Assembly (NCBI GenBank): GCA_016198125.1
Contig: JACQJG010000018.1
Span: 2,843-66,842, forward strand
Origin: Candidatus Iainarchaeum sp.
Lineage (GTDB): Archaea; Iainarchaeota; Iainarchaeia; Iainarchaeales; VGJJ01
Length of the DNA: 64,000 nucleotides
Direction: 5' to 3'
This document shows positions 27,817-37,035 of this stretch, piece by piece. The notes beneath the pieces were generated by a model. That model made no database searches and was not told the DNA's origin. It saw only the letters and a program-made list of their open reading frames with translations. Every line of letters starts with the position of its first letter. Positions within the stretch are counted from its first letter, which is position 1. A program made the translations under genes and the position numbers.

Positions 27817-28111
27817 TTCCCTTCCTCCCGTTTTCCACGGCCATTTGTACTGCGCGTGCCAGGCTTTCCGCGTCCACTCCCACCAATTCCATTTGGTTTA
27901 ACAGCACTGCGCGTTGAATGGCTTTTTCAAGTTCTCCGCTTGTTGAATTGGCTTTGAGTCCGTTCAATGCCTGTTCGATGTTGGCAATGCCTTCTTCCGG
28001 GTGCATGAAAAAATCGCCTGTGATTTGCACGCGTTCCAACCGCTCCACAAAGTCAACGCGCGCTTTGACCAGTTTTCCGTTTGGCACTTTGAGTACGCTG
28101 GCGCCTTGCAT
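27800..28111 (-). CDS. lplB: Lipoate-protein ligase accessory subunit (LplA C-terminal domain, LplB-like)
   Basis: 103 aa lying immediately downstream of lplA with a 17-nt overlap. It resembles the separate LplA C-terminal domain encoded as LplB in Thermoplasma. Confidence 0.55.
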   Translation of the reverse strand: MQGASVLKVPNGKLVKARVDFVERLERVQITGDFFMHPEEGIANIEQALNGLKANSTSGELEKAIQRAVLLNQMELVGVDAESLARAVQMAVENGRKGNGQNP

Positions 28112-28159
28112 AATATCATATACTTTGAATAAGCGGTTGAATTAAAAACAAAATGGAAG

Positions 28160-28231
28160 TGGGCCCGGGCGGAGTCGAACCGCCAATGTATTCCGTGTAA
28201 GGGAATCGTCTTTCCGATAGACCACGGGCCC
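28160..28231 (-). tRNA. tRNA-Val (anticodon UAC)
   Basis: Minus-strand RNA GGGCCCG-UG-GUCU-AUCGGAA-AGAC-G-AUUCC-CUUACAC-GGAAU-ACAUU-GGCGG-UUCGACU-CCGCC-CGGGCCC-A folds as a cloverleaf. Confidence 0.8.
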
Positions 28232-28300
28232 TTTTGGAAGGGGCTTTTTAATTTGTGCCTTACAATGCCTTAAAAATGATCGCATGCCTTTGTTCATAAA

Positions 28301-29389
28301 ATGAAGCCGCGCTTGAACGAATGGGTTACCTTTACCCCCAACAAGGGCCTTCCCATTCACAACTGGTTTTATTACAAGGAAGGTTTTTCTGCGCCCTTGG
28401 TGGAGTGGGCGGTTAAAGGGTTCAAACTGGAAGGGCCCATACTGGACCCTTTTTGCGGGGTTGGAACCACTTTGTTGTCGTGCAAGTTGCTGGGCTTGGA
28501 AGCATACGGGTTTGACGTGTCTCCGCTGGCCGTTTTCGTGTCCCGCGCAAAAACGCGCAATTACAATGTTGAATTGCTTCGCGAAGAGTTTTCACGGGTA
28601 CAGTCCTTTGAACCCGCATGGGAGAAACCTTTTCCAAAGGAGTTGTGGTTTGCGTCTCGTTTTAACCGTTCTGTGCTGCGCGAGATTCTTGCATTCAAAG
28701 AGTTTTTCGTTAATGCCTTTTCTTCTCCTGTGAGCGGGTTTTTCCTGTTGGCGTTGATTGATTCAGCGTTGCGTGTTTCAAACGTTGAACGGCAAGGGGC
28801 TTCGCTTCGTGCTGTGAAGAAAAGCGCTCAAGCGTTGAAGCCCATTTTGCTGGAAAAAATTGAGCGCATGATGGGGGACGTGAGACGTGTGCCTCAGACA
28901 GGGGCGGAACCTTTTGTGGAGGAAGGGGATGCGCGCTGGCTGAAGGCCCTTTCAGGGGAAAGCGTTGGTTCAATTGTCACTTCCCCCCCGTACTTGAACA
29001 AGGTTGAATATGCGTCTGCATACAAGCTTGAGCTTGCATTGTTTTTTCGCGCGCCCACCACTCAATTGAGAAGTTTTTTGGGTTCCGAGGGCGTGCGCAT
29101 GTCCTCGCAGGTGCCCATCATTGATGCGTACTTTGAGGACATGGCGCGTGTGTTGAAGGAAATGAACCGCGTTTTAATTCCAGGAGGAAAAGCAGTCATT
29201 GTAGTGGGCGGAGGCTGTTTTCCCGATCGTGCAGTTGAAAGCGATGACCGCTTGGTGGAGTTGGGTTTGAATGCAGGTTTTGAATTGGTGAAACTTTTAA
29301 AGGCGCGTGAAATTCCATGCGGTGCCCACGGGGGTTTGAAGGGCCGAACGGTCAGGGAAAGCATTATTGTGTTAAAAAAGCAGGTGTAA
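28301..29389 (+). CDS. SAM-dependent (DNA N6-adenine/N4-cytosine-type) methyltransferase-like protein
   Basis: Motif I DPFCGVGTTL is near the N-terminus. The catalytic motif IV SPPY is about 170 aa downstream, suggesting alpha-class order with a target-recognition region between them. Confidence 0.55.
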   Translation: MKPRLNEWVTFTPNKGLPIHNWFYYKEGFSAPLVEWAVKGFKLEGPILDPFCGVGTTLLSCKLLGLEAYGFDVSPLAVFVSRAKTRNYNVELLREEFSRVQSFEPAWEKPFPKELWFASRFNRSVLREILAFKEFFVNAFSSPVSGFFLLALIDSALRVSNVERQGASLRAVKKSAQALKPILLEKIERMMGDVRRVPQTGAEPFVEEGDARWLKALSGESVGSIVTSPPYLNKVEYASAYKLELALFFRAPTTQLRSFLGSEGVRMSSQVPIIDAYFEDMARVLKEMNRVLIPGGKAVIVVGGGCFPDRAVESDDRLVELGLNAGFELVKLLKAREIPCGAHGGLKGRTVRESIIVLKKQV

Positions 29390-29450
29390 GCGTGTTTTAA
29401 CGCCTCGCGCGCGCCAGCAACATTTAAATATGCTTGGGGTCTATTGGTGA

Positions 29451-29981
29451 TTGGTTTTGTTCATGCGCAAAATGATGTGGTTTCGCATTGCGGGCAGGGA
29501 CGTGCACTTGCCAAAGCTTATTGGCAGTTTTGTCTTGTTTGCCGCGTTGTTAATGTTCTTTCAAGCCGGTGCAGTCATGTTTGACTCCTGGGACAATTTG
29601 AAGGACATTCAAAACTGCTTGGATGCCGTTCAAACCAATTCCACTACCATTGATGTTTGCCAGCGTTCAGCGTATTATGCGTTTGACGACATGTACATTC
29701 GTGCCAATCAAACCGAGCTTACTTCCCGGCAGGTTGGCGCAGCGTTGTTGAAGCCTATTGCATGGTTGTTCTTTTGGGCGGTCGTATTCATTTTAGGCAT
29801 CATGTTTTACAGGTCTGGAACGATTGTAATTCCCATTGAAGAGTCCATAAAGGAAATTCCGGATCGATGGCCTAAGCGCAAACCAGGCGCTTCTTCAAGC
29901 GCTCCTCTGCGTGCAGGTTCTTCTTCCATGGAACCGCGCGTGGTTATACCAGACCATGCAAAAAAGAAAGCGCCAAAGTGA
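29451..29981 (+). CDS. Hypothetical membrane protein (two TM helices)
   Basis: 176 aa with hydrophobic segments FVLFAALLMFF and WLFFWAVVFILGIMF. Confidence 0.4.
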   Translation: MVLFMRKMMWFRIAGRDVHLPKLIGSFVLFAALLMFFQAGAVMFDSWDNLKDIQNCLDAVQTNSTTIDVCQRSAYYAFDDMYIRANQTELTSRQVGAALLKPIAWLFFWAVVFILGIMFYRSGTIVIPIEESIKEIPDRWPKRKPGASSSAPLRAGSSSMEPRVVIPDHAKKKAPK

Positions 29982-29985
29982 GCTT

Positions 29986-30795
29986 TTATTTTTCAAACGC
30001 GTCCAAGAGTTTTTCAATGCCTTTTTTTATTCGTGGGTTTTGCCTGTCCTGGTAGAATCCCCTTGCCATCCAGTGTGCGGCGTGCGGGGATATTTTGTAC
30101 TGTTCTTGTATGTGGCGCGTGATTTCGTTCAGGCTTTTGGCACGTGCAATGGCTTGGAGGAAGGGGCGCAAACGGGTTGTCAGTTGAAGGTATGCATCCA
30201 ATGGGGTTTGACCGGGGGCCATTCTTTCTGTAAGAAAAAGCGGGGCCTGTACGTGTCCTGTAACAAATTTTGCCGCGTACACGAATTCTTTCATGCGCTG
30301 GCTTGCTTCTGCGTGGCGCACTACTTCGTTGAACAGGGTTTCTGGAAGGGGGTATGTTTGGGTGTACACGTGAGACAGGGCTTCAATGGGTTTCCAGTTT
30401 TCATTAACGTGAGTGGAAGGAATGTTGAGTATTTCCCTGGACTGCATGGCATGGGAGTGTGCATGTGCCTGCCCTTGTTCCCAGTCTTTTGGGGAGAGGT
30501 GGACGCCGTACATGTTTGGGTATATGCTAAGTCGTGGGAGAATGGTGGTTCCTTTTGGAGTGAGAATGGTGAATGCTTCCACGTTAAGGTAGAATACCTG
30601 TCCTGGGTTTTTTATGTTGGCGAATCGGATCCACCCGCTTGTTCTGGCGGGGGATTTTAAGGGCAAGTGAACCCCGGACGGAACGTTTTTTATGGGAGAC
30701 ACGCGGCCGGCGCGGAGCGCGCGCAGGAGGAATTTTTTCACGAATGCTTCAGGCGTTTTGTGCTTGCGCAGTGCGGTTAAAACCGTGCGGGACAT
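29986..30795 (-). CDS. Hypothetical protein
   Basis: 269-aa ORF with ordinary composition. The antisense ORF 29911-30660 is Cys/Phe/Trp-rich and was rejected. Confidence 0.45.
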   Translation of the reverse strand: MSRTVLTALRKHKTPEAFVKKFLLRALRAGRVSPIKNVPSGVHLPLKSPARTSGWIRFANIKNPGQVFYLNVEAFTILTPKGTTILPRLSIYPNMYGVHLSPKDWEQGQAHAHSHAMQSREILNIPSTHVNENWKPIEALSHVYTQTYPLPETLFNEVVRHAEASQRMKEFVYAAKFVTGHVQAPLFLTERMAPGQTPLDAYLQLTTRLRPFLQAIARAKSLNEITRHIQEQYKISPHAAHWMARGFYQDRQNPRIKKGIEKLLDAFEK

Positions 30796-30838
30796 GGGAA
30801 ATGAAATAGTAAAAGAAGGTTATTAACCTTCCTTTTTT

Positions 30839-32329
30839 TCATTCGTCCAGTGCAATGGTTTTCGTGGTGGAACTGCCTTGGAGTTTTCCTTTTTTTACTC
30901 CCACCAGGTACTTGACATTGTTTTTTTCGGCTTCTTCGAGCAGGCGTTTGGTGATAATCCCGTCAAAGACAATGGCGTGCACGTTTTGCATGCCTTGAAT
31001 TTTTTTAACCAGTTCTTTGACGTTTACGCTTGCCAGTTCGTTGAGGCTTGAATCCAAAAGCTTGGCTTTCAAGGTTCCTTTCAGGGTTTCCATGAAGGGC
31101 TTGAATGCCTGTTGTTCTTCCGGGGTTGCGCGTGCCTCTTCCATGAACAGGGGGGCATTGCTTGCCTCTTCAAACGCGATTTCGCTTCCAAATCCCGGGC
31201 GTTCAAAACCAGGTTCGCCCATTGGTCTTGGCCCGCGTTTAAACCCTTGGTTGCCAAAACGGGGATTTCTCCCGCGCATGCCGCGTGAATCTCTGCGCGG
31301 GCTCCTGCGATCGCGTCCCATTCTGTTCAAGGGACGCTCTCGGTAGGTGGACGCAGGCGTTCCTGCAATGAACGCGTTTTCAACGGGCATTTCTTCGAAG
31401 GATTTTTGAGCGTCGTAAGAGTGCAGGGGACCGCGTTTCGTGAATGCCTTTTGATAGGATTTTTCACGGGGCGCACCTGCCTGTTCCAAGTACGCTGGTG
31501 TTTCCATTTTTCGGCGCAGGCTTTGAATGATTTCTTTTTGGGTGAGCTCTTCCACTTCTTTTCCATCCGGGGCTTGTGCTACAAAATCCACTTTGGCCAC
31601 TTGGTTGAACTTGCGCGCGTTCAACTGCCCACCCCGGTCTCCGTCCACAAAGAGTACAACGGTTTTTCGTTTGGACAGGTCAATGATTTCCTGCTGTATT
31701 TTGCTTCCATCCATTCCTACTACGTTTTTAATGCCGTGCTTGAGCAGGTTTACTACATCTGCCCGGCCTTCCACAACAATGATGGACTCTGATTCTCCCA
31801 CTTCGGGGCCGGCAGGCAGTTTTCCTTTTCCAAACTCCTGGATTTCGGATGCGCGTGCCTGGTGGCGCACTTCTTGGGCGATTTCCTGGGTTTCCGGCAT
31901 TTGACTGGTCATGAATTTGGACAAAATGTCTTTGGCTCTTTCTGTTATTTCCTTGCGTTTTTCAACCCGCGTGTCTTCAATTTTAATGGTTTTGAACACG
32001 CTTTCGCAGGGTCCAACCTTGTCTACGGTTTCAATTGCGGCCGCGAGAATGCTGGTTTGCACCATGTCCATGGAGCTTGGAACAAGCAGTTCTCCGCGGG
32101 TAGTGCCATTGGACTGCTGAACGTTGACTTCGATGCGTCCAATGCGCCCGTTTTTCTGCAATTCTCTTAAATCCATTTCTTCTCCAAGCAACCCTTCGGA
32201 TTGCCCGAAGATTGCCCCCACGATGTCGGGTTTTTCCACGACTCCTTTGATTTCAAAGTCCAAGTGGATAACGTATTTTACTGTGTCAATGTATGTTTTT
32301 GCCATAAAGTATTCCTCTTTTTTTTGCAA
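30839..32329 (-). CDS. dnaG: Archaeal DnaG primase (Toprim domain)
   Basis: N-terminal AKTYIDTVKYVIHLDFEIKGVVEKPDIVGAIFGQSEGLL is the archaeal DnaG signature. Toprim motifs are IIVVEGRADV and LFVDGDRGG. The tail is G/R-rich. Confidence 0.85.
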   Translation of the reverse strand: MQKKEEYFMAKTYIDTVKYVIHLDFEIKGVVEKPDIVGAIFGQSEGLLGEEMDLRELQKNGRIGRIEVNVQQSNGTTRGELLVPSSMDMVQTSILAAAIETVDKVGPCESVFKTIKIEDTRVEKRKEITERAKDILSKFMTSQMPETQEIAQEVRHQARASEIQEFGKGKLPAGPEVGESESIIVVEGRADVVNLLKHGIKNVVGMDGSKIQQEIIDLSKRKTVVLFVDGDRGGQLNARKFNQVAKVDFVAQAPDGKEVEELTQKEIIQSLRRKMETPAYLEQAGAPREKSYQKAFTKRGPLHSYDAQKSFEEMPVENAFIAGTPASTYRERPLNRMGRDRRSPRRDSRGMRGRNPRFGNQGFKRGPRPMGEPGFERPGFGSEIAFEEASNAPLFMEEARATPEEQQAFKPFMETLKGTLKAKLLDSSLNELASVNVKELVKKIQGMQNVHAIVFDGIITKRLLEEAEKNNVKYLVGVKKGKLQGSSTTKTIALDE

Positions 32330-32343
32330 TTCTTTTTACAGAA

Positions 32344-32649
32344 TCAGAGTTCAAGTTGTTGGTGCAAAGCGCGCAAAACATTTTCAGGGCTTGTTGAAAC
32401 AAGCACTTTTTTGCGCGTGTTCGTTTTTCCGCTCAAAATTTTTACCTTGGCGGAAAACATTTTTCCCAATTCTTTTTCAATTTCTTTATTGGCCTTTCCG
32501 TTGCGCGCAGGTTGGGTCACATTTAATTTAATCGTGTGATTCCATTCATTGAATGCCTTGAACGCGAAACCGCGTTGCAAGGCGCTTACCTGCAATTCCA
32601 ATAGGACTCCTTGCGGGGTTTCTTGGATTGCGCGTTGAAAGTCCTTCAT
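32344..32649 (-). CDS. DUF167 (YggU/UPF0235) family protein
   Basis: Conserved GKANKEIEKELGK...SGKTNTRKKVLV, matching the GKAN...SG-x-TSR-x-K pattern. Confidence 0.65.
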   Translation of the reverse strand: MKDFQRAIQETPQGVLLELQVSALQRGFAFKAFNEWNHTIKLNVTQPARNGKANKEIEKELGKMFSAKVKILSGKTNTRKKVLVSTSPENVLRALHQQLEL

Positions 32650-32813
32650 TGCGAATGTGATTAATGAAACGTGAATTCAAAGCACCAACAGGGAACTCCA
32701 ATTCACTTGCATTAATTGGGTGGGGCATGGGTATATTAACCTTTGCCGGAGTAGGGGTCTTTCCTGGTTTTTGAGGGGAGTTAATTAAGGGGTTTTGGCA
32801 TTGTTTTTCTTGC

Positions 32814-33224
32814 ATGTCCCATTACAATAAGGGCGCGAATGCCGAGCGCGAGCTGATTGCCTTGTTATTGCAGGCCAATGTGGCCGCGTTGAGGGCCGCT
32901 GGAAGCGGGGTTGCTCCAAGTGCCGGGCCAGACGTGGTTGCGTTAACCCCTGGGAGAGTGCTGGCCATTGAGTGCAAGGCGTGGAAGGCTTCCACGCTGT
33001 CCATTTCACATGTTCAGGTAAAAGACTTGCAGGGCTGGTGTGCGCGTTCTGGCGCTGAACTGGTGGTTGCATGGAAAATCCCGCACAAGGGCTGGAGGTT
33101 CTTGGGCTTGGAACATTTTTCAAAAACCCCCAAGTTTTACTCGGTTTCACGCGACACAGCGTTAAGAAAGGGGCTTGAATTGAACCGCTTGCTGGGCCTT
33201 CAAACGCCTTTGCTTTTTCAATAG
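32814..33224 (+). CDS. hjc: Holliday junction resolvase Hjc
   Basis: 136 aa with GANAERELIALL...GSG...PDVVALT...AIECKA, the Hjc nuclease catalytic motifs. Confidence 0.8.
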   Translation: MSHYNKGANAERELIALLLQANVAALRAAGSGVAPSAGPDVVALTPGRVLAIECKAWKASTLSISHVQVKDLQGWCARSGAELVVAWKIPHKGWRFLGLEHFSKTPKFYSVSRDTALRKGLELNRLLGLQTPLLFQ

Positions 33225-33451
33225 GCATTGGTTTTAAACCCTTTTGAAGGCAGTATTATTACTGAGAGTGTTGGATTTTGGAGCCCTTGGAGTTGACTAT
33301 TAGTGAGTTGGAGCGCTTGCACGCCAAGCAGGATTCCATGCGCGCGCGCATTCACCTGGAAACCGCCATTGAAAACCTGCGCAAATTCTTGTCCCTGCAG
33401 GGAGAAGGCGCAGTGGATTTGACAAAAAAACGCTGACCTCTTTTTAGCGCA

Positions 33452-34141
33452 TCAAATAAGCGTGGCCAGGAATACAAGGGTAATGCCAATGATGGCAGTT
33501 ACCACAAACAATACAATCGTGTCAATCGTAGTGGAGCCTCCAAGTTGGGTTGCAAATACATACAAGTCCGCAACAATGAACAGCAGTCCAAGCGCGAGCA
33601 TGGTGTTTCCAATCCACTTGTTGCGCGTTCCTATTCCGCGCACTTTTAACTCGTCCATATCTAAGCGTACCTGTTCTACGCGTGCCCCCAGTTCGTTCAT
33701 TTGCCCGCGCACGCGCTCGCTTAACTCTGCAAACGTTGAAACGGTTTCAGACATTTCCTGCTGGAATGTTTTGCTTTGCCCGGTGATTTGCTTTTCGTAT
33801 TTTCCAAGGTCTTCTCGTATCTGTAATTCCAGGTTTTGCTTGGCTTGAATGACTGATTCAACCGCGCGCTGTTCTATGAAGTGTTGGAGTTCCGGTTTTT
33901 CTTTTTCAATGTCGCTTTTAACGATTTTGGATATTTCGTTGCGCAGTAATGCGAACGTGTCTGCCTGCCCCAGTAATAGGAGGCGCTGGGCTTTTTGGGG
34001 TTCCACGCCCAAGGACTTGAGTGTTTCAAGAATGGTTTCCTCGCTTTCGCCTTCTTTGACCATGGTTTGAATGATGTCAATGATGCTGGGCTCGGTTTTG
34101 GATTCCTTGGACATTTTTTCACACCACGTTTCATGGTTCAA
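33452..34141 (-). CDS. Coiled-coil protein with C-terminal membrane anchor
   Basis: 229 aa with a long helical, charged region and a C-terminal hydrophobic tail LALGLLFIVADLYVF...VLFVVTAIIGITLVFLATLI. Confidence 0.45.
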   Translation of the reverse strand: MNHETWCEKMSKESKTEPSIIDIIQTMVKEGESEETILETLKSLGVEPQKAQRLLLLGQADTFALLRNEISKIVKSDIEKEKPELQHFIEQRAVESVIQAKQNLELQIREDLGKYEKQITGQSKTFQQEMSETVSTFAELSERVRGQMNELGARVEQVRLDMDELKVRGIGTRNKWIGNTMLALGLLFIVADLYVFATQLGGSTTIDTIVLFVVTAIIGITLVFLATLI

Positions 34142-34808
34142 TGACTATTTCCTGCTGGTAGGCGCTTGTAGTGTCATTTACTTTGAGGTTAAAAAGGATT
34201 TGCGTGGTGCCTGGCCGGAGGGGGGTTAAGTGAATGTTTTGAATCGTGCATTCCTGCGCGTTCAATGCAAGCGTGGTTGTAAATGGGTTTTCTTGGAAGA
34301 ACTCGGGCGCATGATTTTGCGTAAATTCTGCAAGAATTAATTCCAGTGTCGGGTTGCACAATTGGGCGTTGAAATCAAAGGCTTTTCCAAGGGCAATTTG
34401 ATTGGAGAGCTGCAGTTTTAACTGTATGGGCGCTGGACTCGAACCTTCAATGGAATTGAATGCAATGGTTTTTTTCTTGGATTCATGGTAGGGGGCTTCT
34501 GCAATGAACTGGTACTTTTCTTCGTGCCCGTATTCCGGTTGAATGGCAATGGAATGGGCTTGCTTGGGTTCCAGGCGCTGGATGAATGCAATTTGGGTTT
34601 TCGTGCCTGTTTTTTCCGCGTAAATGGTCAGGTCTTCAATGGTGTGACTGGAATCGTTTTTTACCACCAGGTACGCTTTTCTTGCTTCTTCATAGTAGTC
34701 CATTGCAATTCCAGGAGTGTAAAAAAAATAGTAGGCGAGTGCAAGGCCAAGGAATCCATACAATCCAATCATGACTTTTACAATGCGCATTCTCCTTGCA
34801 TCAAGCAT
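34131..34808 (-). CDS. Membrane-anchored protein with extracytoplasmic domain
   Basis: 225 aa with the N-terminal TM segment IVKVMIGLYGFLGLALAYYFF. It overlaps the downstream gene by 11 nt. Confidence 0.45.
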   Translation of the reverse strand: MLDARRMRIVKVMIGLYGFLGLALAYYFFYTPGIAMDYYEEARKAYLVVKNDSSHTIEDLTIYAEKTGTKTQIAFIQRLEPKQAHSIAIQPEYGHEEKYQFIAEAPYHESKKKTIAFNSIEGSSPAPIQLKLQLSNQIALGKAFDFNAQLCNPTLELILAEFTQNHAPEFFQENPFTTTLALNAQECTIQNIHLTPLRPGTTQILFNLKVNDTTSAYQQEIVIEP

Positions 34809-34851
34809 GCAATGTTTTAAGAGTTAAAGGGAATAAAATGGTTATTGCTTG

Positions 34852-35610
34852 TCAGGCCAGTTTTCCTTTTTGCCAGTCCAACAGTATTTTTCGCGCCATT
34901 ACGCTGGTGTCGGGTTCCCCGCCTTTGCGCAACCGGTTTTGGTTTCGTGCAATGCTTTCCAGCCATTCTTCCGGGCTTGCATTTTCAGGCGCACGCGTGT
35001 GATACGTTTTTTCAATGCGTTTTCTTGTTTCTTTGTTGTGCCATGCGCTTTCAAGGAGTTTGAGGCACGCGCCTTCAGGGTCTTTGGAGGTGAACGCGTT
35101 TTTTGCTCCGACCATGATTAACTGGGCTTCATTTTTTTGATTGAATGGAATGACTCCAGGAGAGTCAATGAGGTACGTGTCCTGGTTTAATTTTATGAGC
35201 TGTTCCCCCCGCGTAAAGCCTGCGGTAATGCTTGTGCGTGCGGCTTTTCTTCCTGCCAGGGCGTTGATTAAACTGCTCTTGCCCGTATTGGGGTAGCCGA
35301 TCATGGCAATTTTTCCGCCCTTTGGAAGGGTTTTTCCAATGTGGGCGCGCATGCGGGTAATGCCCGTGTGTTCCTTGCACGATACAAAAAAGCAGGGCGT
35401 GTGAGGGGGGACTTCTTTTCGGATGATGTTTTGCTGTTTTTTTGAAATTAAATCGGATTTGTTGTACACAAGGGCAAGTTTTTTTTCATAGGCTTTTATT
35501 TTTTCTTCTATGGCATGATTGCGCGTGAGCGTGTGAAAACGTGCATCCACCACTTCAAACACAAGGTCTGCCTGTTCGATGGCGCGCATGGCCCGGTCAT
35601 ACAGTCCCAT
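34852..35610 (-). CDS. Circularly permuted GTPase (YlqF/RbgA-like ribosome-biogenesis GTPase family)
   Basis: The order is G4 (YNKSDL), then G1 (GYPNTGKSSLINAL), then G3 (DSPG). Confidence 0.7.
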   Translation of the reverse strand: MGLYDRAMRAIEQADLVFEVVDARFHTLTRNHAIEEKIKAYEKKLALVYNKSDLISKKQQNIIRKEVPPHTPCFFVSCKEHTGITRMRAHIGKTLPKGGKIAMIGYPNTGKSSLINALAGRKAARTSITAGFTRGEQLIKLNQDTYLIDSPGVIPFNQKNEAQLIMVGAKNAFTSKDPEGACLKLLESAWHNKETRKRIEKTYHTRAPENASPEEWLESIARNQNRLRKGGEPDTSVMARKILLDWQKGKLA

Positions 35611-35715
35611 ATGCTTTCACATGGAATGAGGGAGAATGCCCTATTAATCTTATGGGGGTGCTTGTTGCCTTTCCTGTTAAGGGGTCAAACAGGGCCTTGT
35701 GACCTCCGATTGGGT

Positions 35716-36072
35716 TTACACGAGCTTTAAGTGCCGGGTGAATGTGTCCAATTCGTTTTCTGGTGCCGGGCCCATTCCAAGGCACGTAAGGGTTCCGGGT
35801 TCTATTTGCGTGTGCCCTGCGTCTTTGATGAGTGCGCATGGGATTTTTTTCTTTGCTTTTTCAAAGAGTTCAAGCAATTCTTTTTCGCTTGAAACTTTTA
35901 CCACGATTTTGGGCATGCCCTGGTTCAGCCATGCGCTTGTCCATTCAGGTTTTTTTGCCTGCGTGTTCAAAAATGCTTGTACTGCGGCGTGCGCGCATTG
36001 TGCGGCAGTCTTGCCTTTGCCCATTTTGAGGTCTGCGCGAAGGATAATGACTTGTTTGTGGGCGTAATGCAT
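35716..36072 (-). CDS. pth2: Peptidyl-tRNA hydrolase PTH2
   Basis: 118 aa with VIILRADLKMGKGKTAAQCAHAAV, the PTH2 signature. Confidence 0.8.
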   Translation of the reverse strand: MHYAHKQVIILRADLKMGKGKTAAQCAHAAVQAFLNTQAKKPEWTSAWLNQGMPKIVVKVSSEKELLELFEKAKKKIPCALIKDAGHTQIEPGTLTCLGMGPAPENELDTFTRHLKLV

Positions 36073-36136
36073 GTAATCCAGTACGGTTGGGGGGTTTTTG
36101 AATTTAATTGTTTTGCGTGCGGTCCTTGAAAGAGTT

Positions 36137-36457
36137 TTAGGCGTTAATGGCTTTTACGGTGAGCGTTTTGGTGGTGCCATTATCGTTCCATAGCGCGGAA
36201 AAGCTTTTGCTTTCGTTCAACCCGATCCACACGCTCCTGTTTTGGGGTTGTTCGTAGCCCTTCACCGTGTACGCGCGGTTGTATTCCACCAATACTTTGT
36301 CTCCTGCAATGCGGTGGACTTTGAATAAATGCCCTTTGTCTTTAAGGGGGTCGAATTCCGTGTTTTCTTGTACGGTGATTTCTTCGGCTTTGGTGTTTTT
36401 CTTGAATGGCGGTCGCCAGTCCTGGCTTGTTTCCTTTATTTCTATAACGGCTTTCAT
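36137..36457 (-). CDS. Hypothetical protein
   Basis: 106-aa ORF with no recognisable motif. Confidence 0.4.
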   Translation of the reverse strand: MKAVIEIKETSQDWRPPFKKNTKAEEITVQENTEFDPLKDKGHLFKVHRIAGDKVLVEYNRAYTVKGYEQPQNRSVWIGLNESKSFSALWNDNGTTKTLTVKAINA

Positions 36458-36537
36458 TCCTTGTTCCCCCTTGCTTTTTGGTTAGTAGAATTACGCGGGC
36501 AAGGTTTTTAACCTTTCACTGGATGGGCAGGGGTTTA

Positions 36538-37035
36538 TTAAGCGTTTTTTGGGTTTTGAATGGAAACCACTACCAGGGGTTCGTTAAGCGTTGGGGTGTG
36601 CGTTTTGTGGGCGTGGGCCAGTTGTTCTTCTGCTACTTCGAGTTTGCGCAGTTCGACTCCAATTTGATGGAATTGAAGGGTTGCCATGAGCGTTAGAACC
36701 GTGCCTCCAAGGATGAATGCCACTTCCACAAGGGTGTAGTACACATGGGCGGATTCAATGAATTTGAGTAAGGTGAATCCTGTGGCGAACAAGCCCAACC
36801 CAATGCCGATTATGTTTAATTGGACGCGTTGGTGGGCCAACAGCGTGCGCTGCTTGGCCAGGGTGGTGCGTTGGTCTACCGAGTAATCTTCCGGGTCAAA
36901 TGCATTCATGCGTGGGCCTATTACGCGTTCAATGTATTTTAATCTTTCAGCAGGCCTTTCCGCTTCCATCGGATTACCTTTAAAGCGTGGTTTGTTCTCT
37001 TGTAGAGTATGGAATTGGATGGTTGGATTGCCCAT
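36538..37035 (-). CDS. DUF202 (YidH-like) membrane protein
   Basis: ERTTLAKQRTLLAHQR plus two or three TM helices. The start may be the internal MEAERP. Confidence 0.5.
   Translation of the reverse strand: MGNPTIQFHTLQENKPRFKGNPMEAERPAERLKYIERVIGPRMNAFDPEDYSVDQRTTLAKQRTLLAHQRVQLNIIGIGLGLFATGFTLLKFIESAHVYYTLVEVAFILGGTVLTLMATLQFHQIGVELRKLEVAEEQLAHAHKTHTPTLNEPLVVVSIQNPKNA

Noticed and set aside
29911-30660. 249-aa plus-strand ORF
   Set aside because: It is antisense to the more plausible 269-aa minus-strand ORF. It is extremely rich in Cys/Phe/Trp/Val, typical of a non-coding reverse frame.
36501-36515. Palindrome aaggtttttaacctt as a terminator
   Set aside because: It has only a 6-bp stem with a T-rich loop. 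This is too weak to call without transcript-end data.
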